This document shows, piece by piece, positions 50,980 to 63,561 of a DNA stretch of 64,000 bases. Source of the DNA: Catajapyx aquilonaris (lineage: Eukaryota). Every line of letters begins with the position of its first letter. Within the stretch, counting starts at the first letter, position 1. The stretch spans positions 1-64,000 of the forward strand of contig KZ538793.1 of the NCBI GenBank assembly GCA_000934665.2. The letters run 5' to 3'. The position numbers and the translations under genes are program-made. The notes below the pieces were generated by a model that was given only the letters and a program-made list of their open reading frames with translations, ran no database searches and had not been told where the DNA came from.

Positions 50980-51388
50980 TGTGGGGGTAGTGCTTCACCT
51001 TTCGGCGTTCGGCACGGACCTTTATTATTTGATCGTACATAGTGTACAAGTTGGAGCCATTGAGAAGCGCCCGGGCCCACGGGCAGGATGACAGGAGGGG
51101 ATGTGCAAAGTGCAGTGCATCTGACGTGGTGGCCATTTTTAGTGAACTCCCCCGGGTGGTTTAGTCTGTGGAAATACCACCCGAGACGAAGCCAGAGGTG
51201 ACCCTGAACTCTGCACGAGATGAAGGGGGTGTCCCCGGGTTGCTTCCTTCTCTATATCTTTGGCCCCATACATGATACATGTGTGAAGAAAATTTCAGAA
51301 AAATTGAGCGGTAAAATGGTGGTATTCCACCCCCCAAATGGGGCGCCGATTCTCCCAACGGGGTAATAAAAATAAAAATAAATAAAAA
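50747..51388 (+). mobile_element. SINE (head A, domain X, tail T2) split by a nested family-B SINE
   Basis: 50747-50917 plus 51257-51388 together reconstruct a copy of the 45241 element. Confidence 0.9.
50918..51242 (-). mobile_element. 5'-truncated SINE family B with (ATT)n tail
   Basis: Very similar to 61761-62102 over its 5' part; 14-bp TSD CTTCCTTCTCTATA at 50904-50917 and 51243-51256. Confidence 0.92.
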
Positions 51389-51399
51389 TTTGACAAATT

Positions 51400-51478
51400 T
51401 GTTTTTTATTTTTATTTTTATTGCCCCGTTGGGATAATCGGCGCTCCATTAGGAGGGTGGAATACCACCATTTTACTA
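51400..51478 (-). mobile_element. short tail-only (T2) retrocopy in inverted orientation
   Basis: Reverse complement gtaaaatggtggtattccaccctcctaatggagcgccgattatcccaacggggcaataaaaataaaaa matches 51311-51388. Confidence 0.85.
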
Positions 51479-52554
51479 CTTAATTTTACTACTTCCTTTT
51501 TTACTTTTACTTAATTTTACCACTTAATATGTGACCAAGCATGTCTGCCCCCTATTTGTACGTATATGGCTACTGTTTCAGCCAACAAAAAATTGTGCAA
51601 AAACAACGTTGACACATAAAGTGATGGCAGTAATTAGAAAGGAATTCAGCCTCACCCTGCACACACCAAATAGAGAAATAACATCCGCACCCCTTTAAAA
51701 ACAACACGCCTGGAAGATACGCAAAGGCATTTTTTTCCCCCCAGCCAAGTGTAGCACTAAAGAGAGAATGATGTCGTAGTTGGTCCTGATGGAAAGGCAT
51801 CCTCTATAGGGCGCATGCTGGCGGATAGAAGACACCATTTTTCTTTCCCCTGCCTCTTCTTCTTCTTCCTGGCCTAAGAAGACACAACACGGGAAAAGGC
51901 CTGGGCGCCTATCTCTCTCAAAGATGAGATGGGCGGGCTTCGGTCTCGTGCGACACAACCTCTGAAATATGATCCTGCACTTCCCGCTTCCTCTTTCCGC
52001 CCAAATCGGTGCCCAAGGAAATATGGACCCATTGCTTCAGCACTTGTCCTCTTTTCGTCACTTTTTTTTGTGAAGGTAAATGGCCGCATCTTTGTTGTAA
52101 TCGACTCAGACTAGGGAAGTGCGGTAGTGACGTAACCGGTCTGAAGAGGCAGCGGAAGTGTATCATCGAAAGAGTGTCCAGCACTTGCTGTATGATGGCT
52201 CCTCTGAGGCGGAAGAGGAGGAAGGTTGGGCACGAGTGGCAATAATTCACTTCCACTTTTGCCGACTTCCTTTTCCCCCTCATGACCATCTTGCAGCAGC
52301 CGCGTTCTAATCAGGCAACCAATCCTCTTTTTCCATCTCGACATGTTTGGACAATAAGGCCACCCATAAGTGCTGCTGCTGCGTGACTTCGGAAGCTCCT
52401 GATGCCCTCTCATCCCTCCTCTCTTGGCTGATGCCTGCTGCCTCTTCACCAAAACGAGACCAATTCAGTCTCAGGTTTCCTCCAAAGTTTTTCAAAAAAA
52501 AAAAAAGTAGACTACAAGACACTGAACTAAAATCTGACACACCCCCCCCCCCCC

Positions 52555-52640
52555 NNNNNNNNNNNNNNNNNNNNNNNNNNNNNNNNNNNNNNNNNNNNNN
52601 NNNNNNNNNNNNNNNNNNNNNNNNNNNNNNNNNNNNNNNN
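52555..52640. other. assembly gap between poly-C and poly-G
   Basis: 86 N bases; a second gap lies at 58766-58778, and single Ns occur in several G/C homopolymers. Confidence 0.99.
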
Positions 52641-52943
52641 GGGGGGGGGGGGGGTCCATATTATGTAACACGCTGCGAACCATGATCGGTCGAACTTAAT
52701 TGATTATGCTGAATCTACGTATAGATTGTGAAAAATTATGTTATCAGTTTGCATGAGTTATGAGCTCAGCTAAATTAACGTAATTCCGAATCAATGTCTT
52801 ACAAATGGATTGTTTGGATTTACTGAGCAATTAAAACAACCGCCTCATATGGTTTGGGGGTGTCATCGCTTTTTATATGGTAATCTACGAGTTGCGTTTA
52901 GGATTACTATTGCAGCAGCTAATAATAATAATAAGAATAATAA

Positions 52944-52975
<32 letters not shown>

Positions 52976-55900
52976 GGATGCAGGGTGTGGGTGTATGTCA
53001 AAACATAGCAATTAAAATCAAACAACTGTCAGAAAGCGGTAATTAACATCATCAAATACAATAACTACTATCAGTGCTGCAGCCGCTAGAAATATTAAAA
53101 TCAACTGGTCAGTTAAATCTCCCAGGCTGTAATAACCAGCATAAACATGTTGTTTTATTCAAAAAGGGCATATTTGAAGTGACGCAAGAAGTGACGCAGC
53201 TGTAACGCATGCTCCACAGACAGAACATTAGATCCGGAGCCTGGAATTTCCTCTCATTCTTGCATAATCAGGGTATCTCTTCGTCAGAGGCGGAATTTCC
53301 ACTAAATTATGACTCACCCAGAGGAAAGCAGCAACGTGCCAACAAAGATATTGCACCTCCCCTTATCGTTTATTTAGGCACGTCATGCTTTTAATAAAAT
53401 TTTATCACTATAACTTATTTGGTATCCTATTCCTATATATCGCTGATAACCATTTAGGGAGAATTTGTGTTATCGCATTTTGGTTTTCTTGACGAGACTA
53501 TCATGCCTGCTGGTTTTGTCCAATGATACAGAAGTCCGACAATAGAAAGTAGAATTGTCTTAAAGACGGGGCTACCTGAACCAGTAACAGAAGCAGGGGC
53601 TCCTGCTGCTGCCCGGCTGGCTGGCTGCCTGTCATTTGATCGCCCAGCCCAAGGGCCTTCTATAAAGATGCTTATCAAAAGAGTGAAAATAGGGGGGCAG
53701 GTAGATGGGAGGGATGGGGATGGAGGTGGGGAACTGCCCGTTACCTGCACTTAACCCCGATGATAGTCCTGCCCCTTTTATGGGTCCCAGGTCCGGCCCT
53801 TGCCAATGGCAGCAGCCTTACCTTTATGGTCCCGGCCCACGACATGATAGGCCTAATAGTGCTCATCATGGAAAAAGGATCCGAAGGTCGCAACCCCCCT
53901 TCTATTGCCTGCCCTTCCTAAATTTATATCATAATAAAAAGTGTTAAAATAAAAAAATACCACCTGAAGTGGAACGATGCGCAAATATTTATACGATCTC
54001 GAGAGCATTGTACTGCAACAATTTGAAACATTGTTGGAATTTTTTTAAACTACTGTACTGTAGCAAGGCGTAATTATGCCCATATGCAGCTTGCCTCTCT
54101 TTTTTTAAAAAAAAAGTTCCATTAGAACGGGTCATGCACAAATGAACAGTTGGTTTGGTGTTTACAGAGCTCTTATCAGTAACCACGTTTAAGATTAACT
54201 GCCGGTTAATATAAACTAGAAAAAATGATCATAGACAATATAAGGCATATAAAGTCCATAAATAGGCCTGGTTGTAACAGCCTAGGTTGTAATATTCACA
54301 ATTTCTCCTTGTTGTTACAACCAGGCCTATTTCTGGACTGGGTGTGTAGGATAACAATAGAACTTCCCATTTGGGTCCATCGAATGGGTGAAGTGAGGCT
54401 ACATGCGGCTGCAACGCCTTGTTCGGTTGTGGCCTGCATCCTGCATGGGGTGGGCAAGGCATGGCAGGCACTCAAGAAGGCCGAGAAAAAGGCCCAAACC
54501 CCTTTCTTGTCCGCGGGCGGATTATGAGCCCAATAAATTTCCTCTCTACGCGTCGCCCAAATCGTTTTATGGCTGCTCTTACCTCTGTTCACACCGACTT
54601 GCCCCATCGCTGCTTGTGCACTTGCTACGTCCAATCATGCTTCAACCACCCCTTTCCATCCATACCAAACTATGCACCTATGCAATCTTGCACTACCTTT
54701 GCACTTCTATTTTCCTCCCAATTCTCCAATTCTATTAGGCCATTTCAAATGACGCCCCCATAAAAAGTGGCAGGTGTCGTAAAGTGTTTTTGACGGAAAA
54801 TCCTGGGTCGTGTCGTGCTTTACAACAGACCTGGCCCTGCATTTGACCACGTGTTGAGCTCTGGCCATTAACGCTGGTCATAATAATGCATCCGGATGGA
54901 AAATCATGTGGTGGCCAAATCATGTCAGCGGTCAGTGCACTCCACATTCCAATCGGACCGATATTAACTTTCACCCGTGGTTGTTGACGTGGACCTACAA
55001 ACCCTTCGATTGAATTCATTACCAATTATGATGTCTAGGGAGTGTAGAACCGGCCCTGATGTGGTTATAAATTACTGGCGTTTAGTAGGAGCGTGACGGA
55101 GTTCCTGTCATACCACTGCTGCACTCTGGGTAAAAATATGGCACTTATTTGCAGGTCGGGCTTACCCCAGATTGGAGGACAGTTTTGGGACGGACAAGGG
55201 TGTGTTTGGGGGGTACAAAAGCAGGAAGGGACAATGTGATGATGGGGACGTATTGGCCACCATCACTGCCACGCTTTGATGTTCAAAAGGGAGCCCCTAG
55301 TTGTTGCTGGGGGGGGGGNGGTTCCAGCCCCGATCATAAAACCAGGACTCTTTCTGAGCCCCACGCCTCAACTTCAGTGCCGCCATGCCACTTTGTCTTT
55401 TCCCTGGGCATCCACCATCTATCTACTGTCCCTTCTAATAGCGCTGCAATATGGTTTTACTGTCGTCGTTTTATCCTGGTTTTAATGTCTCTTCGTGCGG
55501 AACTGCTACAGAATTTTCTGGAACACCCAGTGCTGCACAGAAGATGGTCGGTCGTGGTGCTGAAGACGGCAAGATGGCTGCTGATCGTCGTTTGGTGGGC
55601 AAGGGGGGCAATAAAAAGCTAATCATGAATTCACGCCGAGAACGAGCTCCATGGATAACAATGTCCAATTAATCGAGTCAGAAGTTTACCCCCGCCCCCT
55701 GAATAAATTCCTGGAGGAAAAAGGCTGACGTCACATTTGTCGTAAAATGGAAATTGCATGCTGCTTTTTATGCATTCAAATTATTGTTTTATGTCCCACT
55801 GCTTAACTAAGCACCTTCACATGTCTCTGAACGAACTTTTCCTGTCATTTATTTCCTATCGTTTTATTCATGCGGCATCGACCGGTCCTGATTGGTCAGA

Positions 55901-56979
55901 CCTGATTCAAGCTTATGTGCATAAGGGCATATGGGGGCTTTATTATTCGGATGCATTTCCCAGTGGGGTGAGCCCACGCCCGATTTTTGGGTAACGTCTG
56001 CTATCTCGGATGTTATCGGTGTTGAAATGATTCCAACAACGCGGAGGATGCCAAGGTTTATTAAGATTTCAGAAGTCTTTGTTATGGCCTTTTTGCGAGC
56101 AGTAATGTCGCAAGGAAACATCACAACCCCCACGTGCACAGTATTCCTCTTCAGACCACTTTTCACGTATATATTCGCTTCTTCCATTAACTTGTATAAA
56201 CTACCGTAATGTATCTTGTACTTGATCTTTCGCACATTTTACAACTAATTAATGCCTCTGTTGGGCATATAGGCTTAATTATTTTGATAATGGCCTCCTC
56301 GCAAGTAGGCCTATCAGAATGTGGCGCGGAAAATAGCTTATAAATTTCAGACCAAATAAGTCAACTTTCCAGGCACACTGGCCTGCATACACGTGACATC
56401 TCGTAGAACACTGAGTCTATCAGGTCAGCGGGATACTGGCAATCTTTCAGTACAGAGAACGATGAACCCTATAATGTATACTGTACAGTGTACACCATAA
56501 AACAGGGGTTATATGTTCCGGATAAAAGTGATAACTGATAATCAAGGATATTACAGTGTAATGATAACGTAACGGTCCGCACTAATCGCACCGAGCAATT
56601 TATTTAATCACAAAGCACTTACGCATGCAGTTCATTTACAGCTTCAAATTAGTTTAGGTGAGCGTATAATCGATATAAATCAATTATATGGTACAGCATG
56701 TCAAAACGTGGATTATTATGAATTAAATAGTCGTTAAAGGCTTCCCTCATTTTGCTCTACAGGAGAGAGTTTATACTCGTATAGCGGGCAGAAATAATGG
56801 GTAAACTGTGTATATGACAACGATATTATATCATGACCCATGCAGGGTGAGTCCTGAAAAGTGTCGGCTAAAGTTGCTTCAACCCTTCTTTGGTTACACC
56901 AACTACAGTTGTGTACTCTGCTAGTGTGTTGTCATGCTACATCTTCAATTATTTTTTTGTTTTCCAACTACCCTATATA

Positions 56980-57013
<34 letters not shown>

Positions 57014-60000
57014 GGCCTATACGAGGAATCAGCTCATATCGTTGTGGAGGAACCGAGGAACCCAACCAACCCAAGTGTTGCACATGCTGCCTGCTGGTAA
57101 ACAATGCAGAAACATATGAAGAGGGCAAAGAGCCAGAATATGATAGTGCATGCTGGTCTGTAGCTGATGTGCGTTGGGGTTTGGAGGATAAAATGCCATG
57201 CGGTAGCCACTGGCCTGTTACTGTTGGGAGCATGACAGAAATACAGCGTTATGACAGCAGTCTAGGCGTGCATGAGCCGCCCAACAAGATCGTAAAGCCG
57301 TCTTTTACGAGAGCAGGCCCATCATGATGCTTGGCCGGCCGCCACTGTCCAACCAACCAACCGACCTGCTGGTTGCTGGGGGTGGCTGAGATGAGGGGTT
57401 GAAGGAAGAACTCTTCTCCGAAAACCTACTGCTGCTTCGTGCCAATGAAGGACAATAAGTAATAAAGCGATCGTGTATCCTGCATCAGTGTTGTTTTCTC
57501 CTCTCTGGCACATACAACATACCGGATGGCCCACCGACACTTCACCCCTCCTCTATTAGGCAGTGTATAATGAAGAAAAGAATTTCCAACCTTTTAATTA
57601 ATGGTATTCAAGCAGCAATAGGAATGCGGACCAAATTACACGCAACGCCTACTTTCACTTTTCAAACTTGTTTCAAACTGTGCTTCCAATTATGGCTCAG
57701 GCCAATGTGTTCCGTGATTATTATTATTGCTCTCCTTTTTATCTCCTAGCCAGGAATGGCCGTAATGATCCATGTCTATGTGCGATGCTTTGAATTTAGC
57801 AACCTGTGACACACGCCCGATGCACTGTGCCATTGCCCGGATTAGTCCGGTCAAAAGAGTCGGGCATTCCCCCCATCCCAGTCCCAGCAAAGCAATAGCC
57901 GCAGTGGCGACAGACAAAAACGGTTTTCCTTCCGAAAGAGTCCTCTTTTCATGCTAAGTGCAGGCAGTCCAGCCGGAGGACTAAACAAGGGGCAATGACA
58001 GTGACTCCTAGCTGGCGAGTCACCTTTTGCTGGCAGACCACTTCAAAAGTCGGGAGCCGGCCTCGGGAGGGGACCCAAAACAGGATCAACATTTTTGGAA
58101 ACAAGGCGTGACTGACCCCCTCAGAGGTGTCCCTTGCCAATAAACTCAATTTTCATCCTGACTTTTGGTGGACCATGCCGCACCGTGCTTTTAAGCCCTC
58201 CTTTGTTGCCGCCAATGACAGGTGGATCGCTCAGGTAGATGGCCACTGTGGCTTGTGTGCAGTTACTAGGCGGCGTGTCTGGAATTAGGGAAGTTAAGGT
58301 GTGCTAAGTTAAGTATAGTAGGCGATTCGGGGACTTGTGTCGGATCTTGCAAGGTCCAGGGAGCCAGCCACGATTTGTCCGGGATGAACATGACAAAGGT
58401 TCTGGCTTACACCATATAACTGGTCAACCCTATACTGTATATATGACTCCCCTAACTGGCTTACACAGGTTGTTCCTATATAAAGGTGTGCAGTCTCTCT
58501 CGGATTAACATGTGCTCACAAGCTTGCCAACAAGTTTTTCTAGCAAGCTTATGTGAACACATCTGGGGGTCCTGAGAGATATGGCAAGTATTGCACCATC
58601 CGATTTTGGCGATTTCGGCTTCATTACAGAGATAATCGCATTTCGATGTTAGTTTCGTCACACGAGTCACGCATGTAATGATGGTCATCCTGAAGATTAT
58701 TACACCCCGAACTCCCGGGTCATGGGTCGCCTGAAAACAAGTCACAAATGTAGGGGGGGGGGGGGNNNNNNNNNNNNNGAGAATAAAATTGTGGAAGAAG
58801 CAACCGGTGACGACGAGGCAGACAATCAGACACTTTGGGTTGCCCCTAGACACGCGGCAACACACACAGCACCCTATTGCACAGAGATCATCTGACATGA
58901 GAGATGACCCGATCACCTTACAATAGTTGCCTATGGAGGTATATATGGGCGTGATAATCATTGCAGTACTGATGGGATTTCGAAAGTCGCCTATTTTGCA
59001 GCATGGCCACTTATTGACCAATGATTATCCTCCTTATCGCGTATTTTAATTCACATGATTGTGTCGGGAGGCATTATAGTATTTGTGTCGCCTATATCCT
59101 TAAAGCCGTCGAGTTGATGCAAGTAATCTTTGTCTCAATAAGTTCATAACCTCCATCTCAGCTCAAGATTGTAGATCATCATCAAGTGAAGTATAAATGA
59201 AACCTCAGAGGTCAATCCATCATTTAGAAAGCACAGGTTCACCAACTTCATACACATCCTACAGATTTCCTTGGCCCTTAACTATATCATTTAGGCTATG
59301 AATAATACGTGCAGGTATTTGTGTTCAAGTAGCACTATACTGTGTCTGGACGAAGATGAACCTGTATATCTGAAGCCCAACATTGTCCGGAAGAGTGAGC
59401 CAAGTTGGCGTGCAAAAAAAACAAACCCGGAGGCAGCAACCTACGGTGAGCAGGCAGGCAGTCAAGGCGTTAATAAAGGGCGAAGGCTGTAAATAAAATC
59501 CTTTAATAAAGGGGAAGAGGAATCACCTGTCCCAAGACCTAATAGGCCTAATGGGCTAAGCCCATAAAGCCGGAAAGCCGCTGCGAGCCGGACATTACAC
59601 GATTTTGCTGCTGGGGTTGCTGTGGCAACCGAGGTGACGAGGCGATCCCAAACGCTCATTCCCCAGCAAGGTGCCACACTAATTGCACCTTTTCCTCTCC
59701 CACTTGCCCACCCACCTCCATACCCTATAGCACAGTCTATGTAGTTCTGTACAGCCCATCATTCGCAACAAAGCATGTGAAACTTGCCTACACTGTCCAC
59801 TAATATTGAGCGGAGCTTGTTTTCACATATTTTCAAATATTTATATTAATTTCCATGTTAACTGGAATGTTGTCATGAATGTTCCACTGAACATTCCAGT
59901 TGACATGCAATGTGTCTGATGCAGATGAGTCATATGACAGCCCTCTTGCCCATTTGATGCACCTTATAGTGACGTGTATTAGGTTGTTCTAAATTTTACA

Positions 60001-60572
60001 GGACATGAGTAACACAGGGGGTGTCACATTGCACACCCAAAAAATACGCAATCATTATTCTTCTGTATTTTGTTGTGACAGTGTAGCCTATATATTGGTC
60101 TTCAAACATGCATGTGCATAATTAGAGGTTAAATAATGTGCGATAAAAATTCATCAATATCAGTCTTATCTAGATTATCTTTGCAATATCTAAGAAGCCT
60201 ACAGATGAATGACTATATAGGTTTATTGGATGCTGGAGCTACGTAGATAAGTTAAACTACCCTGCAAAATTTAAATAATTTTCTGCGGCACAGGATTTCA
60301 TTGATGACCCATAACCTATAATCCAAGGGCTCTGATTTTAAATATGCTTTCCATTTTCCACTTTTACGTTCGGTTTTCTTGCAATGATAATGTGATTAAG
60401 TTAATTTGAATATATACAGTAGGCCCTACTATTATTTTGTACAATTGTTACATACCATGAAAATGACCAAAAGTGTTCAGGAAACACAGAAAAACAGTGT
60501 AAATGTTTTTCAAATAAATAATCAAAGCTAACTAAGGGAACTTTTCGGTGACATATCCATAATACAGTATAC

Positions 60573-61001
60573 CAGGGTGATTCCGGTAACTTTGGCAAAA
60601 ATCACAGGGTGCTGGGTAGAGGCCCCATAGGCACGTATTTTGAGTTTCGATACCCATGTCCGGAAATGCCCCCATACGGGGGTACGGCCGTTTCCACCTT
60701 TAGTATGTTGCGCCTGGTGGGTAGTCAACCCATCGTACTCGAAGGTTGCGTTCATCAGGTTTTGCACTTGATACTCGCAATTGTTTTCACCTTCGTCTCC
60801 TCCACACGCGACACACATGATAAACGCAAGTTTCGAGTACGGTGGGTTGCCTATACCCACCAGGCGCAACAGACCAAAGGTCGAAACGGCCGTATCCCCG
60901 TACAGAGGCATTTCCGGACATGGGTATCGAAGCTCAAAATACTTGCCTAGGGGGCCTCTACCCGCCCTGTGATTTTTGCCAAAGTTAACGGAATCACCCT
61001 G
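60573..61001. mobile_element. Tc1/mariner-type MITE with ~175-bp TIRs
   Basis: CAGGGTGATTCCGGTAACTTTGGCAAAAATCACAGGG ... CCCTGTGATTTTTGCCAAAGTTAACGGAATCACCCTG|TA. Confidence 0.92.
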
Positions 61002-61346
61002 TATTAGTGCCCTTGGCCTTCCTTATCGAAACAAATGAAACCAAGTAGAATCGTTTGCCGTGGGTCATAGAGCTGACTATGCTTCCCAGGCTTGCACCCA
61101 TATATGTTATATTATACTCGAGCCTCTTCCTGAGTGAGGCAGTTCAGACGAAGGCGCCAGGTGGCCAAGATGCCCTGCAGCAAGTTTAAGAGCGCCTATT
61201 TGCACTTGCAGAATACTTCAGTAGAGTATGAAGGAATTGTGCCAACACCTTGTACAGGATGTTTGTGAAGCAAGAGCAACTAGTCTTAGTGGGAAAACTT
61301 GCGTCTTGTAGCTGCCAGTGAAAAATCAACAGTACGTGGATCTGAA

Positions 61347-61509
61347 TTGGTCATTTTGTGAACTCACCCGGGTGGATATTTCCACCCGAAATGAAGCCAG
61401 AGATGGCCCAACTCTGCACGGATAAAGGTGGAAACCCCGGGTGGGGATTGAACCCGGGACCTTCATATCCGTGGGCGCGCGCGTTACCGCGGCGCCACTT
61501 CATCTCCCC
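61347..61509 (-). mobile_element. tailless (3'-truncated) SINE family B copy
   Basis: Full tRNA-like head through gagttcacaaaatgacca, no tail; flanked by GGATCTGAA at 61338-61346 and 61510-61518. Confidence 0.85.
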
Positions 61510-61760
61510 GGATCTGAAGGATTAAGAGTAATGAACACACAACATACACACAATCCACTCCTCAGAAAAAGTCAATGTAGTGTATTCAATCAGAAAACAT
61601 AGGAGTATACTGTAGAAAAACAATGTGTTTGAAGGAATTGTTTTCTACATGGATTAACATAATTTATTGGCAAAATGCTTGATGTGATGCATAATCAAGT
61701 GAAAAAATTCAATTTCATCCATAATTCCAGTGCATGTGGGGGTGCCACAGTGGCTTACAA

Positions 61761-61782
61761 CAACAACAACAACAACAACAAC

Positions 61783-61843
<61 letters not shown>

Positions 61844-62174
61844 TCCGGGGTAGTGCTGACCTCATCAGAGGTGTGTAGCATGGACCTTTATTAATTTTTG
61901 TCGTGTACATTGGAGCCTTTATACGTAACTCCCGGGCCCACGGGCAGGATGACAGGAGGGGATGTGCATGGTGCAGTGCATCTGACGCTGTGGCCATTTT
62001 TAGTGAACTCCCCCGGGTGGTTTAGTCTGTGGAAATACCACCCGAGACGAAGCCAGAGGTGACCCTGAACTCTGCACGAGATGAAGGGGGTGTCCCCAGG
62101 TTGGGATTGAACCCGGGACCTTATTAACATCCGTGGGCGCGTACGTTACCGCAGCACCACTTCGCCTCCCCAAT
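61761..62174 (-). mobile_element. full-length SINE family B
   Basis: Head ggggaggcgaagtggtgctgcggtaacg..ggtcccgggttcaatccc; tail gcactacccc+(ATT)n(GTT)n; 14-bp TSD ACAGTGGCTTACAA at 61747 and 62175. Confidence 0.93.
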
Positions 62175-63150
62175 ACAGTGGCTTACAAGGTTTAGTTCAG
62201 GCCATTCCAAACTGCCACCCTGAGGTTTCAAGATAAAAACCCTGTTATGAATTTGTAAAAGTCGCGCCCTCAAAGTTCCTATATTAACACTGAGTAATTC
62301 ATCAACAGTAGTATGTACAGATTGTACACTGGTTACCCTAGTGGCTGATAACTGATTATTTTAGCACATAATGTTAATAGGTGTTAAGTAGCAGTCTTAT
62401 ACAGCGGGGGGGGGGGGGNGGGGGGGGAGAGGTTTGGAAGTGCCAAACTTGTCCCCCAAACTGCATGAAAGACCATGCAGTATTAATGTGATGTTGCATG
62501 TGCATGTGCATGTTATGATGATACTACTGCATATGCTACATGCATCTCATAAATCATAAACCACTCTTAATAATTATGAATGACAGATTCATTTCTTATC
62601 ACACAGTTGGCCAATCTTCATTGAACAAAAATCATAGATACCTTTTCCCCCAAATTATTCCTGCTGACACAAGTCATTACTGGAGCAACTAATCAAAATT
62701 AATGTCTTGTACCCTTAAATGGCCAAGAATTGTGACATTGGTGCACATGGAGGCCCCAGAAGTCATTATGAGGTATTGGGAATACAGAATCAATTTTCCA
62801 ACTGGTTCAGGAACATTTTTAAGGGTTTGGTGCAAAGCAGAAAAAAAATTCCCTTGATCACCTAAGTGTGAGAGATGAGAGCAAATGGCTATTCTACTGG
62901 TGAAAAAGGTACCACCAAGGTAGACTAGCTCAGTGGTCAGAAATACAGGTTGCCACCAGGTGGTCCAAGATTATTTAGAATCCTGGAGCTGGCCATCCTG
63001 AGTGAGGTTTTTTTGTTCTTTTGCCAGGTCACTTCCAAGATAACTCTTGGGATGACTGCCTTTGAAGATGGACAGAATCATCTTCCATCCTTACCTATCT
63101 TTTTATTTCACATTGTTACATTATATATATGTAATAGTATGCTAAATTTC

Positions 63151-63484
63151 AGGGAGACGAAGTGGCGCTGCGGTAACGTATGCTCGTACACCTACAGATG
63201 TTAAGGTCCCGGGTTCGATCCCAGCCCGGGGACACCCCCTTCATCTCATGCAGAGTTGAGCGGCCGTCTCTGGCTTTGTCTCGGGTGGTTCCTTAGACTA
63301 AACCACCCGGGGGAATTCACAAAACGACCACGGATAAGACATTGCACTGCACTTTGCACATCCCCTCCTGTCATCCTGCCCGTGGGCCCGGGCGCTTCGT
63401 CAAAGGTTCCAATTGTGTACAAATTGTACAAGTTAATAAATAGAGGTCCGTGCAGGTACCCTGAGGGTGAGCACTACCCCCACA

Positions 63485-63552
<68 letters not shown>

Positions 63553-63561
63553 CATTATTAT
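63151..63561 (+). mobile_element. full-length SINE family B
   Basis: B-box GGTTCGATCCC; tail gcactacccc+(ATT)n; 13-bp TSD TATGCTAAATTTC at 63138 and 63562. Confidence 0.93.

Noticed and set aside
50786..51136. Poly-Tyr/Ile/Asn/Leu ORFs here and at 61.6-62.0 kb and 63.2-63.6 kb
   Set aside because: Translations of (ATT)n SINE tails.
59080..59280. Possible LINE reverse-transcriptase remnant
   Set aside because: Similarity too weak and frame-broken to support by eye.
62953..62967. CTCF-like motif GCCACCAGGTGGTCC as an eve boundary
   Set aside because: Single imperfect match, expected by chance in 64 kb; needs ChIP.
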